Counted from the stretch's first letter, positions 50,669 through 61,500 are shown. The stretch: 64,000 nt of DNA from an uncultured delta proteobacterium (GCA_963711565.1 CAVQEQ010000002.1:1-64000), one strand, 5' to 3'. The notes: generated from the letters alone by a model not told the origin. Made by a program: numbers and translations.

Positions 50669-52024
50669 CTAGCCCAGCGCGGCTACCCGCGCGACGAGTC
50701 GATCGACGAACACGCCGGCAGATCCGAGATACAAGGATGGGTCGGTGAGTCGATCGATCTCGGCGTCGGGCAGGTGCGGCCGCAACTCCGGATCACTGCG
50801 AAGAGTCGTTGCGAGCGGCACGCCCTCGGCGATCGACCGGTTGCACGCGCGCGCGACCGCAGCCTCGGCGGCGGCACGACCTATCCTGGCTGCGAGCGCC
50901 GTCGCGATTGCTTCCGCCATGATCAATCCGCCACTCAGTTCGAGGTTCCGACGCATGCGCTCAGTATCGACTGTCATACCTTCCGCAATCGAACGAGCTT
51001 GGGCAAGCGCGCCCGCGGTCAGAGCCACGCATTGCGGGATCGCGAGCGACTCGCTTTGCCACGGCCCGGTCGCGCGTTCGTGATCCGCGATCATCGCCTC
51101 AAGCATCACCGGCACCAACGCATGCACGGCGCGAGCGGCTCCGATGATGTAGTCGCTCGCGATGGGGTTGCGCTTTTGCGGCATCGTGGACGATCCGCCA
51201 CGCCCTTCTTCGTGCGGCTCGGACACCTCGCCGACCTCGGTCTGCATCAGCAGAGTTATGTCGAGCGCGAATTTCGACAGACTTCCGCAAATCAATCCAA
51301 GCAGCGCGGCGGCCTCGGCAAAACCGTCGCGCTGAACGTGCCACGGCTGGATCGGAACACCGAGCGCGAGTTCGCGCGCGAATGCTTCGACGACCGCTGG
51401 TCCATCGGCGCCGAGCGCGGCCAACGTTCCTGCGGCGCCACCAAGCTGCACAACAAGGATTCGCGGCGCAGCCTGATCCAATCGCTCGAGGTGATTGAGC
51501 AATGGCGACGCCCAGACCGCGCACTTGAGACCGAACGTGGTCGGAACCGCGTGCTGGAGATGAGTGCGGCCGGCAATTGGCGTGTCGCGAAACTTGGCGG
51601 CGCGATCGGCTAGAGCACGCGCGAGCGCGATCAAGTCGCGGCGCACGATGGCGAACGCCGCGCGCAGTTGCAGGACGAGTGCGGTGTCCAGAATGTCCTG
51701 CGTGGTCGCGCCAAGATGGATGTAGCGGGCGGCTTCGTCGCCGGCGATTCGGCCCAGTTCCTTCACCAGCGCGACAACCGGGTAACCGACGCGGCGTGTG
51801 CTGTCCGCAATGTAGTCGAGGCGCAGGTTCTCGACCCGCGCGGCGCGGCCGATCGCGTCGGCCACCGACGCAGGCACGAGCCCGAGTTTCGATTCGGCGC
51901 GGGCCAGTGCAGCCTCGACATCGAGCATGAACTGTAGATGAGCGTTGTCGGAAAACAGCGCACGGATTTCGTCGGTGCCGTAGAGCGTGCCGAAAATTTG
52001 CGAGTCGGCGGGATTGATGCTCAT
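50669..52024 (-). CDS. pcaB: 3-carboxy-cis,cis-muconate cycloisomerase
   Basis: HLGATTQD, GRTHLQ, SSTMPQKRNP; pca context. Confidence 0.9.
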   Translation of the reverse strand: MSINPADSQIFGTLYGTDEIRALFSDNAHLQFMLDVEAALARAESKLGLVPASVADAIGRAARVENLRLDYIADSTRRVGYPVVALVKELGRIAGDEAARYIHLGATTQDILDTALVLQLRAAFAIVRRDLIALARALADRAAKFRDTPIAGRTHLQHAVPTTFGLKCAVWASPLLNHLERLDQAAPRILVVQLGGAAGTLAALGADGPAVVEAFARELALGVPIQPWHVQRDGFAEAAALLGLICGSLSKFALDITLLMQTEVGEVSEPHEEGRGGSSTMPQKRNPIASDYIIGAARAVHALVPVMLEAMIADHERATGPWQSESLAIPQCVALTAGALAQARSIAEGMTVDTERMRRNLELSGGLIMAEAIATALAARIGRAAAEAAVARACNRSIAEGVPLATTLRSDPELRPHLPDAEIDRLTDPSLYLGSAGVFVDRLVARVAALG

Positions 52025-52593
52025 ACGTCGAAGAACACCGTCTCGTTCTCTCCCTGCAGCACGATGTCGAATCGCAACACGTTGGGCCGTTTCGCATCCT
52101 CGATTCGGGCGACAAGAGTCGAGCGTCGTTCAGGCGCGACAGTGTTCAACACGGCGTCGGCGGCATTCAGCGGATCGCCGGGAAAATAGATTCGCGTGAT
52201 CAGCCGCTTCAACAGTCCGCGCGCAAAAATGGATAGGTTGATATGCGGCGCTTGAAGCATATTGGCGGGACCGGGAACGGAGCCGGGCTTGATCGTGTGG
52301 AAGCGATAACGCCCACGCTCGTCAGTCGCGGCGCGACCGAAGCCATGAAAATCCGGGTCGAGCAGCTTCTCTTGCGAGTCGTCCGGATGATCGTAGCGAC
52401 CGTCGGCGTTGGTCTGCCAGAGCTCGATCATTGCGTCACTCACAGGTGCGGCGTCACCGTCGAGAACGCGTCCCTCGATCGTAACGCGCTCGCCGCGGGA
52501 TTTTGGAGTTACAAGTGATCCTTGGCCCGACTGGATCAGCGCGGGCTTGAAGAATGGGCCGACCGTCTGCGATGGAGTTTGCGGCGGGCTCAT
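52021..52593 (-). CDS. pcaG: Protocatechuate 3,4-dioxygenase alpha subunit
   Basis: TPSQTVGPF, QAPHI, ETVFFDV. Confidence 0.95.
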   Translation of the reverse strand: MSPPQTPSQTVGPFFKPALIQSGQGSLVTPKSRGERVTIEGRVLDGDAAPVSDAMIELWQTNADGRYDHPDDSQEKLLDPDFHGFGRAATDERGRYRFHTIKPGSVPGPANMLQAPHINLSIFARGLLKRLITRIYFPGDPLNAADAVLNTVAPERRSTLVARIEDAKRPNVLRFDIVLQGENETVFFDV

Positions 52594-52594
52594 T

Positions 52595-53305
52595 TCAGTT
52601 CTGCGCCGGGGTGGAGTCGCGGCCGCGCAGTACGAAGTCGAATCGATAACCGAGTGCATATTCGGGAATAGTAACTTCGATATCGAATGTAGCTATCAAC
52701 CGCTCGCGCGCGGAATGGTCGGGGACGCTGTTGTAGATCGGGTCGAGCGCCAAAAGCGGATCGCCGGGGAAATACATCTGAGTAATGAGGCGAGTGGCGA
52801 AGCTCGGGCCGAAAAGACTGAAGTGAATGTGATTCGGCCGCCACGCATTGTGATGATTGCGCCACGGATATGCACCCGGCTTGACCGTCATGAAGCGATA
52901 CGCGCCGTGCTCGTCGGTGACGACTCTGCCGATGCCGGCGAAATGCGGATCGAGCGGCGCGTCGTGCCGATCCTCGGCGTGAGCATAGCGGCCGGCGGCG
53001 TTCGCCTGCCAGATTTCGATCACCGAGTGCGGAATCGCGCGGCCATCTTCATCGAGCACGCGACCCGTCACGATGATTCGCTCGCCAAGAGCCTCACCGC
53101 CGTTGAAGTGCGTCAGATCGTTTTCGCTGTTGGCCGCTGCGAGTACCTCGCGCGCGATGCAAGGTCCGGTGATCTCCGATAGCGTGTGTTCGAGCCTTAT
53201 CGGCGCATGATGCGGCGCGCGCTTGTGGGTGCTCGTGTACGCAGGATGATCGTACTGCGGATGCGCGCCGGGGTTCTCGCGCCGATAGCCGAGCGGCGGA
53301 TTCAT
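52595..53305 (-). CDS. pcaH: Protocatechuate 3,4-dioxygenase beta subunit
   Basis: WQANAAGRY, PGAYPWRNH, WRPNHIHFS. Confidence 0.95.
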   Translation of the reverse strand: MNPPLGYRRENPGAHPQYDHPAYTSTHKRAPHHAPIRLEHTLSEITGPCIAREVLAAANSENDLTHFNGGEALGERIIVTGRVLDEDGRAIPHSVIEIWQANAAGRYAHAEDRHDAPLDPHFAGIGRVVTDEHGAYRFMTVKPGAYPWRNHHNAWRPNHIHFSLFGPSFATRLITQMYFPGDPLLALDPIYNSVPDHSARERLIATFDIEVTIPEYALGYRFDFVLRGRDSTPAQN

Positions 53306-53691
53306 CGCGCGTCCTCTTTCGCCATTTCCTCGAGCACCGATTTTGCGATTCGGAACGCGGAGTTCGCCGCCGGCACACCCGCGTAGACCGCGACTTGCAG
53401 CAGGACTTCCTTTACCTCGTCCGCAGTTGCGCCGGTGTTGCGCGTGGCGCGAACGTGGAGCTTGAGTTCGTCGTGACAGCCGCCACTGGCGAGCAACGCG
53501 ATCGTGATGAGACTGCGTGTGCGATGATCGAGGCCGGGCCGCGTCCAGATGTCGCCCCATGCGTGTCGCGTGACGAGATCCTGAAAGTCTTCGTCGAAGG
53601 TAGTCGCGTTTTCCAGTGAGCGCTTCACGTGAGCGTCGCCCAGGATGCGACGCCGAACCGCCAACCCTGCCTCATATGCTTGATCCTTCAT
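53302..53691 (-). CDS. pcaC: 4-carboxymuconolactone decarboxylase
   Basis: RRRILGDAHV, AWGDIWTRPGL, YAGVPAAN. Confidence 0.93.
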   Translation of the reverse strand: MKDQAYEAGLAVRRRILGDAHVKRSLENATTFDEDFQDLVTRHAWGDIWTRPGLDHRTRSLITIALLASGGCHDELKLHVRATRNTGATADEVKEVLLQVAVYAGVPAANSAFRIAKSVLEEMAKEDAR

Positions 53692-53824
53692 GACGTCACT
53701 CCCGGATAACCGAGCTTCGAGCGATCCAACTGGAAGCTACCGCGCTGAAGCCCGTAACGTCAAAAGGGAATCGACGGGCTATTCACTTTGTAGTAGCTGT
53801 TTGACGAATCGCGGAGGCAAACCT

Positions 53825-54691
53825 ATGAGGCGCGAAGATTTCTCTTTCAACAGTGAAGACGGACTCGAGATTGCCTACTACCGATGGCGCGCTCCAGGGA
53901 AGGCGGCGGGAATCGCACAGATCGCGCACGGCATGGGAGAGCATGCGCTGCGTTATGCGCACGTCGCGGAGTTTCTCAACCAACTCGGCTATCACGTTTT
54001 CGCCAACGACCATCGCGGGCACGGGCGCAGCGCGAAAGGGCGCGAGTCGCTCGGCGATTTCGGCAGTGGCGGATGGAACGGATTGGTCGCTGACATGGCG
54101 ACGCTGACTCAGCTCGCGCGCACACGCGAAGGCGGACTGCCGGTGATCCTGCTCGGCCACAGCATGGGCTCGTTCGCCGCGCAGCAATACGTGCTCGACC
54201 ACAGTGCAATGATCGCGGGACTCGTGCTCTCGGGATCGGCGGCGGTGGACAAGCTCGCTATCGATCCGTCGCAGGACGCCGACCTTACCGCGTTCAATCG
54301 CGGATTCGAGCCGGCGCGCACTCAGCACGACTGGTTGAGCCGGGACCCGGCGGCGGTGGATGCGTACGAAGCGGATCCGCTCTGCGGCTTTGGAATCAAC
54401 AAGAACGCGATGGCGACGCTTATGGCGTCGGCGATTCGGCTAGTCGATCCGGCGGCGCTCGCGCAAATTCGCAAGGACCTCCCGATCTACATTCTCGCCG
54501 GTGACAAGGACCCGATTAATCACGACCTGGAATGGCTCAAGCCGCTGGCCGAGCGATACCGCGCAGCGGAGATCGCGAATGTCAGCGAGAAATACTATAC
54601 GAACGGGCGGCACGAGATGCTGAACGAAACAAATCGCGACGAAGTGCTGCGCGACCTCGCGAGCTGGATTCAGAAGCCGATCGCGAAATAA
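53825..54691 (+). CDS. Alpha/beta hydrolase (lysophospholipase-like)
   Basis: HGMGEH, DHRGHG, GHSMG, RHEMLNE. Confidence 0.9.
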   Translation: MRREDFSFNSEDGLEIAYYRWRAPGKAAGIAQIAHGMGEHALRYAHVAEFLNQLGYHVFANDHRGHGRSAKGRESLGDFGSGGWNGLVADMATLTQLARTREGGLPVILLGHSMGSFAAQQYVLDHSAMIAGLVLSGSAAVDKLAIDPSQDADLTAFNRGFEPARTQHDWLSRDPAAVDAYEADPLCGFGINKNAMATLMASAIRLVDPAALAQIRKDLPIYILAGDKDPINHDLEWLKPLAERYRAAEIANVSEKYYTNGRHEMLNETNRDEVLRDLASWIQKPIAK

Positions 54692-54694
54692 CGA

Positions 54695-55909
54695 TCAGCC
54701 GGCCGCGATGCGGCGCTTGATCATGTCGTCGATCGCGGCTTCGTCATAACCCAGCGAGCGCAGGACTTCGCGCGTGTTCGCGCCGATTTCCGGCGAGGCC
54801 TCAGGCTTTCGCTTCTCGCTGCCTTCGACGAATAAAGGACTGTTGATTGTCTGGATGGTGCCGTGCCCCGGATAATCAACGTCCACGAACGCTCCGGCGG
54901 CGCGCATCTGCGGATCGCTCACCACCTCGGCAAGCATCGGCAGCGGCGCCCATTTGATATCGTATTGCCTGAACTCCTTGCGCCACTCGGCCAGGTCCCT
55001 CGACTCGAACTGCGATTGCAGGATCGCCGAAAGCTCGGCGGCATGTTCGGTGCGCGCGGCGTCGCTCGCGAACATCGGATCGGTCGCCATTTCCGGCGCA
55101 CCGAACATCGTGCACAGCCGCGGAAACTCGTGCTCGGGATCGAGTTGCGCGAGCAGGAACACCTTCGCGTCGCGCGTGATGTATCCGGTCAACAGCGGAT
55201 TGATCGGGGTCGGTCCCGCCAGCTTGGGGAACGTGGCGCCAAGCATCTGCGCCTGAAGATCGCAGCTATGCGCCCACGCTCCGCTTGCCATCAGCGAGGT
55301 CCCGACCTTCGAGCCGCGGCCGGTGCGTTCGCGGTCGTAGAGCCCGAGCATGATCGCGCCGAATAACGCCATCGCAGTCGGATGGTCGCCGATTCCCGGA
55401 CGAGGAGCCCCCGGAGTTCCGTCGCGTCCGATGACGCTGGTCATCAGGCCGGAACGCGCCCAGTATGCGAGCGCGTCGAACGCCGGCAGGCCGGCATCCT
55501 CGCCCGCTTCGCCGTAGCCGGTGAGATGCGCGAAAATCAGCCGATCGTTGATAACGCGCAACTCGTCCCATGTTAGATGGAACTTCGTCAGCAGTTGCGG
55601 CTGGTAATTGGTAACGAAAACGTCGGCGGTTCTGACGAGGCGTAGCAGCGCCTCGTAGCCTTCGGGAGTTCCGAGGTCGAGCGCGACGCTCTTCTTGTTG
55701 CGCCCGGTGAGCACCCAGGCCCAGTTGAGTTCCGACTTCGCCGATCCGGGCAGATGCGGAAATAGGCGCCACAGATCTCCTCCATCGGGGCGTTCGATCT
55801 TGAAGACTTCCGCGCCAAAATCCGACATGACCGTGGCCGAAGCCGGACCCGCTATATACGTGCCGCAGTCGATCACCCTGAGTCCCGAAAGGATTCCGTT
55901 CTTCTGCAT
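54695..55909 (-). CDS. CoA transferase family III (CaiB/BaiF)
   Basis: LSGLRVID, IAGP, RNKKS, GYGEAG. Confidence 0.92.
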   Translation of the reverse strand: MQKNGILSGLRVIDCGTYIAGPASATVMSDFGAEVFKIERPDGGDLWRLFPHLPGSAKSELNWAWVLTGRNKKSVALDLGTPEGYEALLRLVRTADVFVTNYQPQLLTKFHLTWDELRVINDRLIFAHLTGYGEAGEDAGLPAFDALAYWARSGLMTSVIGRDGTPGAPRPGIGDHPTAMALFGAIMLGLYDRERTGRGSKVGTSLMASGAWAHSCDLQAQMLGATFPKLAGPTPINPLLTGYITRDAKVFLLAQLDPEHEFPRLCTMFGAPEMATDPMFASDAARTEHAAELSAILQSQFESRDLAEWRKEFRQYDIKWAPLPMLAEVVSDPQMRAAGAFVDVDYPGHGTIQTINSPLFVEGSEKRKPEASPEIGANTREVLRSLGYDEAAIDDMIKRRIAAG

Positions 55910-56203
55910 CGCAAAACTCCAACGAACGAGATTGCAAACACGTCGTTAGTACAGTGGATCGAGTTCGGCAATCTCCGAAGTGCAGGTTCATTGCATGACT
56001 CTCTGAGCGCCGCAGCGTCCTTCCGCGACCGGTCTCCCTTCACGCGCGCGGGTTAGGGTCAGGTTTGTATGCATCGAGCACGAAATCCGGCTATGCAAAC
56101 CTCTCGCCGCGCCCACTGACGTTCGCGCGTCTCGCCTTGACAATTCCGCGCCATTGCTTGCAGACTCATCCGGATTTCGCCGAACCCTGAGAGGAACATT
56201 CCG

Positions 56204-57061
56204 ATGCGAACAGCTATCGCGCGCGCGCTGATACTGCCCGTCCTGCTGGCACTTCCGTTGGTCAGCGGATGCCAGTCCGAGGCGAAGAAACATCTATACA
56301 AAGCTGAAGATCTGTTCGAAAAGCGCGACCTCGACGGCGCCAAAAAAGAACTCGAGCTGTCGATCAAGGCCGACCCCAACGATCTCGACGCGCACAAGTC
56401 GCTCGCGAACATAGATGAGGCGCTCGGCGACCAGGAAGGCGCCGCTAAGGAATATATGGCCGCCTCGGCGCTCGATCCCACCGATCAGAAGCTGCTCGAC
56501 AAGGCCCGCCTCTACAAGCAGCTCGAGGATATGGCGAATTCGTCGGGCCAGGCGCTCGACAAGATTAAGGCCGGCAATGTCACCGAAGGCGTCGCTCAGC
56601 TCAAGGACATCATCGTGACGACCAGGATTCCGGCGGCCCGCGAGAAAGCGGTGAACGCGCTCTCCGACTCTATCCCGATCATCCAGAAGGTCGGCGACCA
56701 GCAGCTGGCGGATAAAAAGTACGCCGACGCAATTACCACCTACGAGCAGGGAATCCGCGCCGCGATGCTGCTGGCGCGAGCGCACAAGAGCGACACGCTC
56801 GGCCCCGAGGCGGACCCCATGATGCACAGCATCAATGACGCCGCGAAGGCCGCAGGCACCCCCGATGCGAACTTCAAACTGTTCAACAACGTCATCGGCG
56901 ACTATCCCGACGACAAGGTCGCCAATATGGAATTGGCCGGGATCTATCTCAGCAAGACGCCGCCCGACTATGACACGGCCGCCGATCTGGAAGAACGCGG
57001 CGGTGCGCCCGACGACCAGGTCCGCAAACTCCGCGACATGGCCAAGAAGCATCGCAAGTAA
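56204..57061 (+). CDS. TPR lipoprotein
   Basis: Lipobox VSGC, TPR-like helices. Confidence 0.8.
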   Translation: MRTAIARALILPVLLALPLVSGCQSEAKKHLYKAEDLFEKRDLDGAKKELELSIKADPNDLDAHKSLANIDEALGDQEGAAKEYMAASALDPTDQKLLDKARLYKQLEDMANSSGQALDKIKAGNVTEGVAQLKDIIVTTRIPAAREKAVNALSDSIPIIQKVGDQQLADKKYADAITTYEQGIRAAMLLARAHKSDTLGPEADPMMHSINDAAKAAGTPDANFKLFNNVIGDYPDDKVANMELAGIYLSKTPPDYDTAADLEERGGAPDDQVRKLRDMAKKHRK

Positions 57062-57119
57062 CGAGCGTGGTCAATCCTCGCTCGCGACTGCGATGAGCTA
57101 GTGACACAATCGAGGCTCG

Positions 57120-57758
57120 ATGCGCCGGCGCGGCTATATCGCGGTCGAAGGCCCCATCGGGGTTGGCAAGACGAGCCTGGCTCAGGCGCTCGCGCGCGAA
57201 CTCGGCGCGCGCCTGATGCTCGAGGATGCCGACAATAATCCGTTCCTGCCGCGGTTTTACGAAGATCCCGACAAGTACGCATTTCCCGCGCAGCTTTATT
57301 TTCTGCTCACCCGCCACAATCAGCAGCGCGAGCTGAAGCAGCAGGATCTCTTCACGCAGGCGACCGTCGCCGACTACCTTTTCGCCAAGGATAAAATTTT
57401 CGCCGCGATGAACCTCGCAGTCGACGAGCTCAAGCTCTACGACAACGTTTACAAGCTGCTCGACGCCCAGATGGCCAAGCCCGACCTCGTAGTCTACGTG
57501 CGCGCGACCGTCGAGGTGCTCGCCGATCGACTGCGCAAGCGCAATCGCGATTTCGAACGCCACATCAGCTTCGACTACCTCGAGCGCGTGTCCTCAGCGT
57601 ACCGCGATTTCTTTTTCTACTACGACGAGGCGCCGCTGCTGGTCGTCGATACTACGGAAATCGATTTCGTCGCCAACCCCGAAGACCTGGGCGCCCTTAT
57701 CCGCGAAATCGACAACGCCGGCCCCGGCACCCAATACTTCGTCCCCCGCAAGAATTGA
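57120..57758 (+). CDS. Deoxynucleoside kinase
   Basis: IAVEGPIGVGKT, NPFLPRFY, KPDLVVY. Confidence 0.92.
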   Translation: MRRRGYIAVEGPIGVGKTSLAQALARELGARLMLEDADNNPFLPRFYEDPDKYAFPAQLYFLLTRHNQQRELKQQDLFTQATVADYLFAKDKIFAAMNLAVDELKLYDNVYKLLDAQMAKPDLVVYVRATVEVLADRLRKRNRDFERHISFDYLERVSSAYRDFFFYYDEAPLLVVDTTEIDFVANPEDLGALIREIDNAGPGTQYFVPRKN

Positions 57759-57858
57759 GGTGCTGGTCCGGCTTTTGGCTTTATGTGGCTCCTGGAAACG
57801 CGGCTCTTGACATAGGCGAAGAAAGAGCGAAAATGGGTCGCTTCAAGGAGGACATCCT

Positions 57859-58320
57859 ATGGCGACCTGGAATGAGTTCGAAAACGATGCGCCTGACATC
57901 GCGGCTGCGGGACGGCAGATGCTCTACCAATTCGGCGTTGGACTTGCCTTCCTCGCCACGCTCCGAAGGGACGGCGCGCCGCGCCTCCATCCGATTTGCC
58001 CGACTATCGTGGACGGCCACCTCTACGCGCTCATCGGCCCGACACCCAAGCGCGCCGACCTCCGCCGCGACGGCCGCTACGCGCTGCACACCTTCCCTCC
58101 CGTCAACGTCGATGACGAGTTTCTCGTGATGGGCCGCGCGATGTTCATCGACAGCACCGCGGTCGCCGACAAGGTCCGCGCCGACTTGGTCGGGCGCGGG
58201 ATGACCAGCACTAACGATGAACTGGCGTTCGAGTTCCACATCGAAAGCGTGATGCGTGCGAAGTACCCGGGCGGTCACGGCACTTGGCCGCCGAAGTATT
58301 CGATTTGGAAATCGCGCTGA
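57859..58320 (+). CDS. Pyridoxamine 5'-phosphate oxidase-like protein
   Basis: LATLRRDGAPRLHP, DLRRDGRYALH. Confidence 0.85.
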   Translation: MATWNEFENDAPDIAAAGRQMLYQFGVGLAFLATLRRDGAPRLHPICPTIVDGHLYALIGPTPKRADLRRDGRYALHTFPPVNVDDEFLVMGRAMFIDSTAVADKVRADLVGRGMTSTNDELAFEFHIESVMRAKYPGGHGTWPPKYSIWKSR

Positions 58321-58337
58321 TGCTATGACACAAGCCG

Positions 58338-58940
58338 ATGGCGTCGAGAGAAAAATCTCCACAGCTCGCGATTGGCTTTCGCGTCAAGACCGGCCGCGCG
58401 ACCGCAATCGTCATGGCGGGACCGGCATCCGCTCCGCGCCTGTTGTCGCGCAAGAGTTTGCAACTGTGGGATCCTGCGATCTCCGCATCGCATCAGCCGT
58501 GGCACGCCGAGCTCGAGCTGCCGCCCGACGAAAGTGCGCGCGTCGTACCGCAGGCTCTCAAAGCCGTCGAGCGCGTAGCGCTGTCTGCCCTGCGCGAACT
58601 GATCGCGGAAGTCCAGCCGGCCCTGGGCTCGATAGTTGGAATTGCACTCGTCGCCGGCAGCGCCACGGATCCCGAATCGATTCGCAATCCTCACATGCGC
58701 GCGCATGCCCGCGAGGGCCAACTCTTCCCGCAAGCACTCGCCGCGGCCGCCAGGACGATGGCTATCCCGGCAGTCACGCTCGCCGAGTCCGAAGTCTTCG
58801 CCGGCGCCGCCGCGCGCCTCGGCAAATCGCCCGCCGCGATCAAGCTCGCCGTAACTGAATTAGGCCGCGCCGTCGGCAAGCCGTGGAGCGCCGAAGAAAA
58901 GGCCGCCACCGCGGCGGCTTGGATTACGCTAGCCGGCTAA
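58338..58940 (+). CDS. Hypothetical protein
   Basis: Operon position; IGFRVKTGRA, GKPW motifs. Confidence 0.7.
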   Translation: MASREKSPQLAIGFRVKTGRATAIVMAGPASAPRLLSRKSLQLWDPAISASHQPWHAELELPPDESARVVPQALKAVERVALSALRELIAEVQPALGSIVGIALVAGSATDPESIRNPHMRAHAREGQLFPQALAAAARTMAIPAVTLAESEVFAGAAARLGKSPAAIKLAVTELGRAVGKPWSAEEKAATAAAWITLAG

Positions 58941-58987
58941 TCGTTATACTACTTGAAGCCGGGCTACCCTCCGACTGTGAGCCGAGC

Positions 58988-60583
58988 ATGAACATTCTGC
59001 TGTGGACGCTATCCCTGCTGCTTGGCGCGGTGCTGCTGGCCGCGCTTGCGCGCCGGATTAAGGTGCCATCTCCATCGCTGCTCGCGCTGGGCGGAGTGCT
59101 TGTCGCCCTTATCCCCGACGGCCCGCGAATCTCGCTCGAACCTGACCTGGCACTCGCACTGTTCGTCGCTCCCGTTCTGATGGACGCGGCCTTCGACAAC
59201 TCGCTGCGGGATCTCCGCGAGAACTGGATTCCGATCACCAGCCTGGTTTTCATGGCCGTGGCCGTGACCACCGCGGCAGTAGCGCTCGTCGCGCGTTGGC
59301 TCGTCCCCGCTATGCCGTGGCCGGTTGCGATCGCGCTGGGCGCTGCGGTAGCGCCGCCGGACGCCGCGGCCGCGACTGCGGTTCTCAAGGAAGTACGACT
59401 TCCTCATCGCCTCGTCACAATCCTCGAGGACGAGAGCCTGCTCAACGACGCGAGCGCACTGCTCGTCTATCGATTGGCCGTAGGAGCGGCAATCGCTCAT
59501 ACCGGCAACGCGATCGAGGTGACCTCCACCCTGGCATTTATCCTCGTCGGCAGCGTCGCGGCCGGCGCGCTGTTTGCCTTCGCCTACGGCAACATCGTGA
59601 ATCGTTTTTCTGACGTGCCCAGTTCGATCGTTATGCAATTCATCGGCGCGTTCGGAATCTGGATACTGGCGGATCAGCTCGAGCTGTCGGGCGTGCTCGT
59701 GGTCGTGACGGCAGCGGTTATCTTGTCGCGCCGCTCGGCCATTCGCATGCCTGCCGCGGTTCGCGTTCCCTCCTACGCTGTGTGGGATCTCGCCGTCTTC
59801 GTCCTCAATGCGTTGGCGTTCATCCTCGCCGGCCTGCAAATCGGTCCGATTATGGACCGGCTGGCGCATGCGCAACACGTTCACTACGGCATTTTCGCGA
59901 CTGCGATACTCGTCACGGTCATCCTTGCACGGACGGCCTGGGTGATGACCTATAACCTCTCGCTGAGGCTGGCGCGCCGTGTCTTCGGACCGCGTGGTCC
60001 GCGGGCGCTGTCACCGCCGCCGTTCAAAAATGGCGTGCTGGTCTCCTGGTGCGGGATGCGCGGGATCGTGACGCTCGCCGCTGCGCTCGCGTTGCCGGAC
60101 GGCACAGGCGGCGGGCCCGCCTTTCCATATCGCGATTTGATCGTGCTGACCGCTTTCGCGGTGGTGCTCGGCACCCTGGTCGTGCAGGGTCTCACTCTGC
60201 GGACGCTCGTAATGACGTTAGGGCTGGAGGACGACTCGCCCGTCGACAGCGAGATTCGCGCCGGCCGCGTTCAGATATTCAAGGCGGCGCTCGAGAGCCT
60301 GGACAATCGCAACAATGCCGGCCTCGATAATATCGAGACCGACGCGGCGTCCGCCTTTCGACGTGAACTCGAAGAGGCGCTCACACGTATCGACGGCTCC
60401 GCTGGCCGCTCGGAGCGGGAGCATCAAGCCGAGGTCGCCCTTCGCGCCAATGCCAGGACTGCCGCGCGGGAGAGGCTCAATGCGTTGAGGTCCGCTGGGG
60501 CGATCGGCGAAGCGGCTTACCAGGAATTGGAAAAGGAACTTGATCTGATCGAGCTGGACGCCGACGTTCGCAGCCGCTGGTGA
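58988..60583 (+). CDS. CPA1-family Na+/H+ antiporter
   Basis: PPDAAA, ESLLND, GMRGIVTLAAAL, QGLTL. Confidence 0.92.
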   Translation: MNILLWTLSLLLGAVLLAALARRIKVPSPSLLALGGVLVALIPDGPRISLEPDLALALFVAPVLMDAAFDNSLRDLRENWIPITSLVFMAVAVTTAAVALVARWLVPAMPWPVAIALGAAVAPPDAAAATAVLKEVRLPHRLVTILEDESLLNDASALLVYRLAVGAAIAHTGNAIEVTSTLAFILVGSVAAGALFAFAYGNIVNRFSDVPSSIVMQFIGAFGIWILADQLELSGVLVVVTAAVILSRRSAIRMPAAVRVPSYAVWDLAVFVLNALAFILAGLQIGPIMDRLAHAQHVHYGIFATAILVTVILARTAWVMTYNLSLRLARRVFGPRGPRALSPPPFKNGVLVSWCGMRGIVTLAAALALPDGTGGGPAFPYRDLIVLTAFAVVLGTLVVQGLTLRTLVMTLGLEDDSPVDSEIRAGRVQIFKAALESLDNRNNAGLDNIETDAASAFRRELEEALTRIDGSAGRSEREHQAEVALRANARTAARERLNALRSAGAIGEAAYQELEKELDLIELDADVRSRW

Positions 60584-60594
60584 CTCCCGCTGCG

Positions 60595-60888
60595 CTACTC
60601 GTCGAGATCCTTGAAGGCGATCTCGATGTTCTCCGCCAGCTTGAAATCCTTGTCGGTCACTCCGCCCGCATCGTGCGTCGAGCACGAGAACGTCACGCGC
60701 GTGTAGTTGATCGTGATGTCCGGATGATGGTCGGCGCCCTCGGCAATCTCGGCGACCTTCTGCACGAACTCGATGCCGTGCAGGAATTCCTTGAACTTGA
60801 ACATCTTGCTGATAGCGTTGTCCTTGGACTCCCATCCGGGGAGCGCCTTCAGCTTCTGAGCGATTTCGTCCGCGCTGAGCTTCGCCAT
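60595..60888 (-). CDS. Pterin-4a-carbinolamine dehydratase
   Basis: DHHPDI, THDAGGVTDKD. Confidence 0.92.
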   Translation of the reverse strand: MAKLSADEIAQKLKALPGWESKDNAISKMFKFKEFLHGIEFVQKVAEIAEGADHHPDITINYTRVTFSCSTHDAGGVTDKDFKLAENIEIAFKDLDE

Positions 60889-61038
60889 CTTGAGGTCCTC
60901 CGAACAAATTCTGTCGACAGTTGCATCATACCGCACTGCGGGCCCGCGGCGTTATACCCGTCGTGCGCGGCTGTGGTAAAAGGTGGCGGATGCAGACCCG
61001 CAAGCAGGTCGAAAACGTGCACAAGGGACACTGAAAAA

Positions 61039-61488
61039 ATGGCGAACAAATACGTTACCGACGAAGCTCGCAAGCAAATCGGCAAGACCTCCGAGCCGCG
61101 CACTTACGACGTCGAGCGCGGCGCGATTCGCCGCTTTGCCGAGGCGATCGAAGATCGCAATCCGCTCTTCAACAGCGAGCGCGACGCGCGCCAGACGCGC
61201 TACGGCAGCATGATTGCGCCGCCGACGTTCTGCCGCTCGATGGGCGCGCCGATTCCCAACGTCAAGCTCGACATGCCGACGGCACGCGCCCTCGACGGCG
61301 GCTCGGACTGGGAATACTTCGTGCCGATTCGCCCCGGCGACCGTATCACGGTGCAGTCGAAGCTGGTCGACTTGCGCGAGGCCGCCGGCCGCCTCGGCCC
61401 GATGGTTTTCACCGTGGTCGAGACCACTTACACCAACCAGTTCGGCGAGGTCTGCGTCGTTCAACGCTCGACCGGAATCCGCTACTAG
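61039..61488 (+). CDS. MaoC/FAS1-like dehydratase subunit
   Basis: VERGAIRRFAEAI, APPTF, PIRPGD. Confidence 0.85.
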   Translation: MANKYVTDEARKQIGKTSEPRTYDVERGAIRRFAEAIEDRNPLFNSERDARQTRYGSMIAPPTFCRSMGAPIPNVKLDMPTARALDGGSDWEYFVPIRPGDRITVQSKLVDLREAAGRLGPMVFTVVETTYTNQFGEVCVVQRSTGIRY

Positions 61489-61500
61489 AGGATGCGCACG

